NCBI GenBank assembly: GCA_000146045.2
Contig: BK006938.2
Location: forward strand, 800,001-864,000
Reading direction: 5' to 3'
Length of the DNA: 64,000 bases
Source of the DNA: TPA_inf: Saccharomyces
Lineage: Eukaryota
Part shown: piece after piece, positions 56,898-64,000 of the stretch
Numbering within the stretch: the first letter of the stretch is position 1
Layout of the letters: the number at the start of each line of letters is the position of its first letter
Notes under the pieces: generated by a model
Databases searched by the model: none
What the model saw: the letters and a program-made list of their open reading frames with translations, nothing else
What the model was told of the DNA's origin: nothing
Translations under genes and position numbers: made by a program

Positions 56898-57953
56898 TTA
56901 CTTATATGTACTTAACTGTTTGCTAGCTACCAAATTTGCTTGATGGTTCGCCATCGAAGCTTTGAGACTGTTCAATTTGGCGCTTATACTGATCAAAGTT
57001 GGATCACTTGTAGATACTATTAACTTTTCACATTCCATGACTACCCTATTATCGAAAGTAACGCCCCTTCTTAATAATTCCTGAGCTTCTGGAAGTGTTA
57101 TAGCTTCACTTTGAAAAGAAGAAATTATGTGGTTAAGTAATGTGGAATCCTGGACTTGTACACCGTTTTCTGAGAGGATCTTAGATAAAGTTTTGTTTCT
57201 TTCATTTGTCACTTGATTTCTTATTTGGTCGCAAAATGACCTGCCAGTTTTACTATCAATCTCGCACCAAGGTTTTTTAGTCACCTTAATTAGATTTCGT
57301 AGTTCTATGCAAAGCTCATTCCTACAAAGCGTAAGTTCCAGTCCTAGGATGTGAGCTGTGGATTCGCAGACTGAGTAACAATCCTGGAACATTTCCTTCA
57401 TAGCAAAGTTGTTATCTTCTGGGAATACCAGGTCTCTAGGAGGATTTTGTAAAAGTATTAGAGAATGGTTCAAAAGTTCCATGGCCACGCCAAATTTGGA
57501 TACGAATTCGCTGACATCTGTAGCTACTTGAAGTTGATTCAGTATTTCCAAAATATTTTTCAAGTGCGTCATTATCTTACTGAATTGAATAAGTAAGAAA
57601 TTCAGTCCCGTATTCATTCGGAACATAACTTGTTTACCCCTTTGAAATTGTGGGAATCTGACAACAATGTGAAAGTCAACAATGTATTGGCCTTGTCTTG
57701 TGATAACACCCTTTACCGTCGGAGAGTCGTTTTGTTTGTTACTTTCGTTGGGAATACCATTAGATACAGGCATTTTGAATATTTGGTCACTCTCTAGCAT
57801 CTCTAGGCATTTAGAAAAGTTGTCAATAATGTTGGGTAATTGCGGTTTGACGATTTCTTCGATGAGCCAGGAGCATTCTTTTACGGCATCCTTAAAGTTG
57901 TCGTATTTATCTTCTGCACCAAATCTATCATTTGGAAACAAATCAACACTCAT
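56898..57953 (-). CDS. RAV2: RAVE complex subunit (V-ATPase assembly), 351 aa
   Basis: MSVDLFPNDRFGAEDKYDNFKDAVKECSWLIEEIVKPQLPNIIDNFSKCLEMLESDQIFKM… 351 aa. Confidence 0.85.
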   Translation of the reverse strand: MSVDLFPNDRFGAEDKYDNFKDAVKECSWLIEEIVKPQLPNIIDNFSKCLEMLESDQIFKMPVSNGIPNESNKQNDSPTVKGVITRQGQYIVDFHIVVRFPQFQRGKQVMFRMNTGLNFLLIQFSKIMTHLKNILEILNQLQVATDVSEFVSKFGVAMELLNHSLILLQNPPRDLVFPEDNNFAMKEMFQDCYSVCESTAHILGLELTLCRNELCIELRNLIKVTKKPWCEIDSKTGRSFCDQIRNQVTNERNKTLSKILSENGVQVQDSTLLNHIISSFQSEAITLPEAQELLRRGVTFDNRVVMECEKLIVSTSDPTLISISAKLNSLKASMANHQANLVASKQLSTYK

Positions 57954-58136
57954 ATTGCTTTTCGAGCACTTCCACTGTGTGCTTGATCAGATACTATAAT
58001 TTTGTAATTCACTCAACCCCGAATTGCTCCATTCAGTATATATACTTCATATAACTTTTGAGAGAAAAATAGTTGCGGTTTGTGGAAAAGAAGGGGAGGA
58101 AAGCAATTAGCTACAAAAAAGGACAAGTAAAAGAGT

Positions 58137-59144
58137 ATGTTGAGGTTATCTTTACTGAGATCAACAGCTACTTTGCCAGTGAAATGCCAACGTCGTGGGC
58201 TAATATTACCTGCGGCGGCAATGTACACCTTAGGCTCATTAATATTTGGTAAGGAAGCAAGGTTGGCGGATGCCATGGAACGTGGTGAGTTACATAACAA
58301 GAACGTTGATTATGCGAAAGAAGCTGAAGAGCGTACCGAGTTACGTATTAGGGCCCTGGCTAATACTCGGCCAATGGAACCTCGGTACAACGGCCATGTT
58401 CCCCTTCATCGGTACGAGAAATTGCTGCTGTTTGCAATTTCCGGTTGGAATTCATTTTTCCATCCTGAAGATGGTTATAATATTGTACAATTGGGTGAGG
58501 CAACTGCATTGCCGGTCTTCTTGGAGAATTTGAAGCAAACAATGTTAAGTGATTCCTCTGGGAGGCGCATTTTGAAGGAACAACCCAATATCACAACAGA
58601 GATTTTGCATATGGACAAACTAGCTAAATTGCCACATAACACGTTTGGGTATGTATATTACCAATGGTTGAAAAGAGAAAACGTTTCTCCGGACACTAGA
58701 GCACCTGTCAAATTTATCGACGATCCTATGCATGCATATATCTTTAAGAGGTATAGACAATGCCACGATTTCTATCACGCTATAACCAACATGCCTATTA
58801 TCATTGAGGGGGAGATCACCATAAAGGCTCTTGAAGGTGCCAACCTGGGCGTCCCAATGGCCATTCTCGGTGGTATCCTTGCACCTTTACGTTTGAAAAA
58901 GGTGCAAAGAAAAAGATTATATAATATATATCTCCCTTGGGCTGTCAGAACAGGTTTAAGCTGCAAGCCATTGATCAACGTGTATTGGGAGGAAATGCTG
59001 GAGAAGGATGTTACTGCTTTGAGGAAAGAGCTAAAGATAACACTCCCTCCGGATCTAAGGACAATGAGGAAGGAGCGTGCAGCCCTTAGGAAGGAGATTG
59101 ACGCAAAATACAACTCACAGAAACGAGCCACGACTCCAGCATGA
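58137..59144 (+). CDS. COQ4: Ubiquinone biosynthesis protein Coq4, 335 aa
   Basis: MLRLSLLRSTATLPVKCQRRGLILPAAAMYTLGSLIFGKE… with the conserved HDxxH…E Coq4 zinc motif (RQCHDFYHAITNMPIIIEGEITIKALE). Confidence 0.92.
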   Translation: MLRLSLLRSTATLPVKCQRRGLILPAAAMYTLGSLIFGKEARLADAMERGELHNKNVDYAKEAEERTELRIRALANTRPMEPRYNGHVPLHRYEKLLLFAISGWNSFFHPEDGYNIVQLGEATALPVFLENLKQTMLSDSSGRRILKEQPNITTEILHMDKLAKLPHNTFGYVYYQWLKRENVSPDTRAPVKFIDDPMHAYIFKRYRQCHDFYHAITNMPIIIEGEITIKALEGANLGVPMAILGGILAPLRLKKVQRKRLYNIYLPWAVRTGLSCKPLINVYWEEMLEKDVTALRKELKITLPPDLRTMRKERAALRKEIDAKYNSQKRATTPA

Positions 59145-59345
59145 ATCAGCAGAACAACTTTTATCTCTCGCCCATGAAGTTAGATATTATTATTTAGTCA
59201 GCTATAATATACTATATAGGATGGTCGTCCAAGGCGATCTTGCGATCTCTCATCTTTAAGAAAAGTAAGGTCGTTGATATTATTGACATTAAAGGTTATG
59301 GATAGAGGCAGGTGGTGTTTCCTCGTGTCCGTATCAAGCAGAATA

Positions 59346-61520
59346 ATGAATCTGCAAGAACTATTAGCGAAAGTACCGCTGTTGTTATCGTATCCGACCA
59401 TTATTCTATCCAGTAATCTGATCGTACCTTCCCATAATGATCTCATATCACGAGCAGCCTCTACATCAGCAGCAGAGTATGCTGACGAAAAGCTAATATT
59501 TTTCAGTACAGATCATGCCATCAGACTGATTTTTCTGCCAACCTTCGTAGCTTCTTCCTTTAACCTATTTGCGCACTATTTTAACTTCATCAATTACTCT
59601 AGCCGAAGGAAGTATTATGTTTTATTTACTGCAATTTATTTCCTATCCATATTGACTGCGATTTTCCATCCAATTCAGTCAACATGCATCACTCTATTGA
59701 TTATCAAGCTCCTGACTACCGCTGATGAGTCTTCGCCAAAAATTGCCCTCAATTTCAAGACCATTTTGAAAACATTTGTTCCCTTTATTACTTTAACATT
59801 AGTTATATTGCGTTGGGATCCTTCTTTTGATGCCAGCTCAGGAGATGTGAACAAAATTTCTACGTCTTTGGCCGCATATGCTCTCTTAATATTAACGCTA
59901 AGATATGCATCACCGCTGATATTATCGACGTTATCAAGTAGCATAGGTGTTGTTTCCAAAGACACCAGCGTCGCACAGCATTCGATAAGTAGAAATAAGA
60001 GATTTCCGCTAATTCTCGTGTTACCGATTTTTTCCTTTGTTCTTTTGTATCTAATGACTATAGTTAACAAGACTTACAATATCCAGTTATTAATGGTATT
60101 TGTGTTTTTTGGATGTCTGTCCATTTTCTTTTTATCGTTAAAAGATTTGTTCACAGAGGATGGAAATCAAAAGAAGGGAGGCCAGGAGGATGAATATTGT
60201 CGTATGTTTGACATAAAGTACATGATTTCCTATTTATGGCTGACAAGGTTCACCATTTTATTGACAGGCATAATGGCTATTGTAGTACATTTTTTATCGT
60301 TTAATGAAATTACTTCTTCCATCAAAACTGATTTGTTAAGTTTACTTTTCGTCGTAGTGGCAGAATATGTTTCCAGTTTCTCTAACAAACAACCTGATTC
60401 GCACTCCCATAATCATGCACATCACCATTCCCATCTAACCGATTCATTGCCTCTCGAAAATGAAAGTATGTTCAAACAAATGGCATTGAATAAGGACACC
60501 AGGTCCATTTTTTCGTTTTTATTGTTGAATACCGCTTTCATGTTTGTACAACTTTTATATTCCTTTCGTTCCAAATCATTGGGCTTATTATCTGATTCGT
60601 TGCATATGGCCTTAGATTGCACATCTTTGCTCTTAGGTCTAATTGCTGGTGTATTGACCAAGAAACCAGCAAGTGATAAATTCCCTTTCGGTCTAAATTA
60701 TCTTGGTACCTTGGCAGGTTTCACCAATGGTGTTCTGTTACTCGGCATAGTGTGCGGTATCTTTGTGGAGGCAATTGAGAGAATTTTCAACCCCATTCAT
60801 CTTCATGCAACAAATGAGTTGTTGGTTGTTGCTACGTTAGGCTTATTAGTGAACCTTGTAGGTTTGTTTGCCTTCGACCATGGTGCACATGATCATGGTG
60901 GTACTGATAATGAAAACATGAAGGGGATTTTTTTACATATATTGGCAGATACATTAGGTTCTGTTGGCGTTGTTATTTCGACGTTATTAATCAAGTTAAC
61001 ACACTGGCCAATTTTTGATCCGATCGCCTCTTTATTAATTGGTTCCTTGATTTTACTTAGCGCTCTGCCCCTGCTAAAATCTACTTCCGCAAATATTTTA
61101 CTAAGACTGGATGACAAGAAGCATAATCTAGTAAAGAGTGCGCTAAACCAGATTTCAACGACGCCAGGAATCACAGGTTATACAACTCCTAGATTTTGGC
61201 CGACAGAGTCAGGCAGTTCCGGGCATTCACATGCACACACGCATTCTCATGCAGAGAATCATAGCCATGAGCATCATCATGATCAGAAAAACGGTTCACA
61301 AGAACACCCGAGCTTGGTGGGCTATATTCATGTACAGTATGTAGACGGCGAGAATTCGACAATTATCAAGAAAAGAGTTGAAAAAATATTCGAAAATGTG
61401 TCGATTAAAGCGTGGGTACAAGTTGAGCCTCAAAATTCCACTTGTTGGTGCCGGGCTACTTCTATGAACACAATTTCAGCTAACCCGAATTCTTTACCGC
61501 TACAGCCTATAGCAAATTGA
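59346..61520 (+). CDS. MSC2: ER cation-diffusion-facilitator zinc transporter (ZnT5-like), 724 aa. Start at the MNLQELLAKV methionine; the ORF-track start at 59274 is 24 codons upstream.
   Basis: An N-terminal multi-transmembrane extension, then a CDF core: …SLGLLSDSLHMALDCTSLLLGLIAGVL…, a His-rich loop (HSHNHAHHHSH; HSHAHTHSHAENHSHEHHHD), and …HILADTLGSVGVVIS…. Confidence 0.88.
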   Translation: MNLQELLAKVPLLLSYPTIILSSNLIVPSHNDLISRAASTSAAEYADEKLIFFSTDHAIRLIFLPTFVASSFNLFAHYFNFINYSSRRKYYVLFTAIYFLSILTAIFHPIQSTCITLLIIKLLTTADESSPKIALNFKTILKTFVPFITLTLVILRWDPSFDASSGDVNKISTSLAAYALLILTLRYASPLILSTLSSSIGVVSKDTSVAQHSISRNKRFPLILVLPIFSFVLLYLMTIVNKTYNIQLLMVFVFFGCLSIFFLSLKDLFTEDGNQKKGGQEDEYCRMFDIKYMISYLWLTRFTILLTGIMAIVVHFLSFNEITSSIKTDLLSLLFVVVAEYVSSFSNKQPDSHSHNHAHHHSHLTDSLPLENESMFKQMALNKDTRSIFSFLLLNTAFMFVQLLYSFRSKSLGLLSDSLHMALDCTSLLLGLIAGVLTKKPASDKFPFGLNYLGTLAGFTNGVLLLGIVCGIFVEAIERIFNPIHLHATNELLVVATLGLLVNLVGLFAFDHGAHDHGGTDNENMKGIFLHILADTLGSVGVVISTLLIKLTHWPIFDPIASLLIGSLILLSALPLLKSTSANILLRLDDKKHNLVKSALNQISTTPGITGYTTPRFWPTESGSSGHSHAHTHSHAENHSHEHHHDQKNGSQEHPSLVGYIHVQYVDGENSTIIKKRVEKIFENVSIKAWVQVEPQNSTCWCRATSMNTISANPNSLPLQPIAN

Positions 61521-62053
61521 CAATTCTTTGTCCTGCATACCTTTTATATTAATTTTTTAAACAAGATTTCATATACATAACGGTACCTATCGTAATTATT
61601 GGCGGCTGCTTGTGTTGATCACGTCTTACGGGAAATATCACAATGGAAGAAAAAAAATACTTCTAACGAAGGAAAAGATGTCATCCAGCATTGACCTCAA
61701 ATTACCGAAGAGGTTGATAAAGCAATTAGCATCCAATCGGTATCATAATTCGGAAATTAAGGGGGAATCCTCTACATTTGGTGTTTCTTCTTTCCATATA
61801 TTTTGAATGTTTTTTTCCTATGAAAAGTGTCTTCAGGAATCATATATGTAAAGAGATCATTCAATTAAATACATCATCGAACTAAGATTATAAACAAGAA
61901 TTTAACAAAGTCACTTAATATATCAAAAAGAAGGCTTTTAGGAACTCAAAAATCCGCATCATTTGCAATTTAAAACGTACGTCATCAGGCGTATATATTC
62001 AAAGAAAATATCTCAGTTTCATTGCACTGGCTTACAGTTGATATTTCAATTAA

Positions 62054-64000
62054 ATGGAACCATCGAATACCCAAAAAGAAGATCTTCCTACCGCTTTTAA
62101 TGGTATAAAAAGTCAATTAAACAGCATATTAAAATCGAATCAATTATTTCAAGATTATGCGCTATTAAATGGGTTCTTGGCATTTGTTCATTCCAAATTG
62201 AATGCCGCAATCCTTACATCTATAGAATCACAATGTGGGAAATCCTTTGCGGCTGATCTTGATTCTTTTGATCAGAGCAGTATCTCTTCGATTTTAGATT
62301 TTTCTTGGGAAAGCGTTCACTATCCAATATTCAAATGGTTTCAGATGTGGAGGAATTATATTCTTTTTGAGAAGGAGAATAAAAAACAGCAGACCAAATT
62401 TATCGACTTTAGAAAGATGAATTCGAAGATGTTAAAATTCTTCAAAACGGTGCAAAACTTCTATGTCAACGTTATCAACACGGTTTATAAGAAATATGAT
62501 ATATCTGTACTTTTGCCGAAAAGGATTATCCAAGACTTAAAGTTAAGTGACATCGAAAATACCACTAATGTTGGAGACATTCTTGCGGTGAAGACATTTA
62601 ATAGTAGTAGCCCACTCGCACATCTCATCCCAACGCTTTTCCATCGCTGTCTCTTATTCTTAGGAACAGCGTATCGTTATAAAACTCTCCTCGAAGAAAT
62701 TTCCAATAAATACAGCATATCCAATTTTAAAAAATCTCTGGACTTCTTTCGTTTAGCTTCGTTGGTGTTACCAAGTGCTGGTGAGACGTATTCGCAAGCA
62801 GGAGCGATATTCCTTCAAACAGGAAATTTGGGGATTGCAGTATTCAATTTTGTTAAAGGTATGATGACGAAGATGCCAAGCCCTGTTTCAATCAAAAATT
62901 TTGGGGCATTAATGGTGGACAATAAAAGTTCATTAAATCGTAGCTTGCATACTACTATCATGAACACTTACTTACAAGAATCTAAAGGACCCAGGACACC
63001 TGCTAAAGAGATACTAGAATTTTATTTCCTGGGCCTTTTTGGGTCTGTTTGGTCACCTACCAGTTGGAGAGATGATACAAAACCTAACCAATTAAATAAC
63101 GGTATCAAGTTAAGGCATTTGGAAAATGCACTCTACGAGACGATGTCAGCAAGATACCTGAATAATATTAAGACCATCTTTCACAATTTGATCATTACAA
63201 TTGGTGGGTTCCATCTATTATTAAAAAGGCGTTCCGATGTAAGTGCAAAAACCTTGAAGGATTTACGTAGCAATGAATTGGATTACCTAAATTTTGCATT
63301 CAAGTATATTGCTCACATTTTAAATGATATCGTTAAGGAATCATGGAGCGAAAATCCTGAGGTTTCAGAAATTCTAGGTATGGTAAGAATTATCAATTGT
63401 TGGATAAAAGCAAATCCCATGGTTCTTCAATATTCACAAAGTAATCTAGAGTTTGTTAATGCCTTGGCATACTTGATAAATGATATTGTGAAAAAAAAAC
63501 CAAGTCCTTCTTTTAGTATAACAGAACATATTCCTAAAAGGACATACTGGTTCGAAGAAGACTTAATGGTGAAGGGTTTATCATTCGTTAACTTTCAACT
63601 ATCTGATTTTGACGATTATGAAAAAATTCTTGAAATGGATCATAGTCTCGATAGATTAATTGGTAATCCGCCATTATGCGACAAGTTATCGGCATCATCT
63701 GAAATGCTGTTAAGGTTGCAGGCTGTTGTGAATATAAGTTCGCAATTATTGCAGAACAACAACTGCGGAGTAGAATGGTCAGATAATAAATCACGTTATA
63801 TCTTTAATAAGAAAATTGGATTTAAGGAGACCGTTAAAAATAGTATGAAGACATCGAAGCAATCCAATGAAAAGGCCAAGTTACAAAGAAAAAACAAACC
63901 TTCGACCACTAATGGCTCAATATCCATGGCGGATTTGGAGAGACAAATGAGAAGTAGCTCTTTGGATTCTTTTTCTCCAACTATGGGTTATAGTGGTTCG
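62054..64000 (+). CDS. EBS1: Est1/Smg-like NMD and translation factor Ebs1, N-terminal ~649 codons. The gene runs off the window end.
   Basis: ATG at 62054 opens a frame with no stop to position 64000 (checked codon by codon): MEPSNTQKEDLPTAFNGIKSQLNSILKSNQLFQDYALLNGFLAFVHSKLNAAILTSIESQCGKSF…. It is absent from the ORF track only because it has no stop in the window. Confidence 0.85.
   Translation, partial: MEPSNTQKEDLPTAFNGIKSQLNSILKSNQLFQDYALLNGFLAFVHSKLNAAILTSIESQCGKSFAADLDSFDQSSISSILDFSWESVHYPIFKWFQMWRNYILFEKENKKQQTKFIDFRKMNSKMLKFFKTVQNFYVNVINTVYKKYDISVLLPKRIIQDLKLSDIENTTNVGDILAVKTFNSSSPLAHLIPTLFHRCLLFLGTAYRYKTLLEEISNKYSISNFKKSLDFFRLASLVLPSAGETYSQAGAIFLQTGNLGIAVFNFVKGMMTKMPSPVSIKNFGALMVDNKSSLNRSLHTTIMNTYLQESKGPRTPAKEILEFYFLGLFGSVWSPTSWRDDTKPNQLNNGIKLRHLENALYETMSARYLNNIKTIFHNLIITIGGFHLLLKRRSDVSAKTLKDLRSNELDYLNFAFKYIAHILNDIVKESWSENPEVSEILGMVRIINCWIKANPMVLQYSQSNLEFVNALAYLINDIVKKKPSPSFSITEHIPKRTYWFEEDLMVKGLSFVNFQLSDFDDYEKILEMDHSLDRLIGNPPLCDKLSASSEMLLRLQAVVNISSQLLQNNNCGVEWSDNKSRYIFNKKIGFKETVKNSMKTSKQSNEKAKLQRKNKPSTTNGSISMADLERQMRSSSLDSFSPTMGYSGS

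Overview
This window is a typical gene-dense stretch of budding-yeast (Saccharomyces cerevisiae) nuclear DNA. It matches the right arm of chromosome IV from SEC7 (YDR170C) through SUP35, SCC2, CCT6 and MSS116 to the start of EBS1 (YDR206W). I made the gene assignments by recognising the translated ORFs from memory, not by database search. It holds about 36 intron-less protein genes at roughly one gene per 1.7 kb on alternating strands, with short AT-rich intergenic promoters. Nearly every long ORF has the length expected for a known yeast protein. The only accessory-type content sits between SEC7 and HSP42. There a tRNA-Gln(UUG) gene has a diverged, 3'-truncated Ty1 retrotransposon about 100 bp upstream of its 5' end. 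The Ty1 keeps its 5' LTR, an intact 440-aa Gag ORF, the CTTAGGC +1 frameshift site, and a Pol that breaks off after about 390 codons. A second, inverted, internally deleted delta LTR follows it. This is the classic Ty1 pile-up in a Pol III upstream integration window. Other sequence-level observations: a textbook heat-shock element plus three STREs in the HSP42 promoter; the SUP35 prion-domain oligopeptide repeats; coding trinucleotide microsatellites ((CTT)n and (CATCTT)n in SEC7, (AAG)n in HMO1, GAT runs in ARG82 and SND1); and several (TA)n and poly(dA:dT) tracts in promoters and terminators. I see no operon-like cluster, CRISPR array, toxin or defence-like cassette, or unexplained long non-coding structure. 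I do not think the window contains a previously undescribed system. The most interesting region is the tRNA/Ty1 rearrangement.
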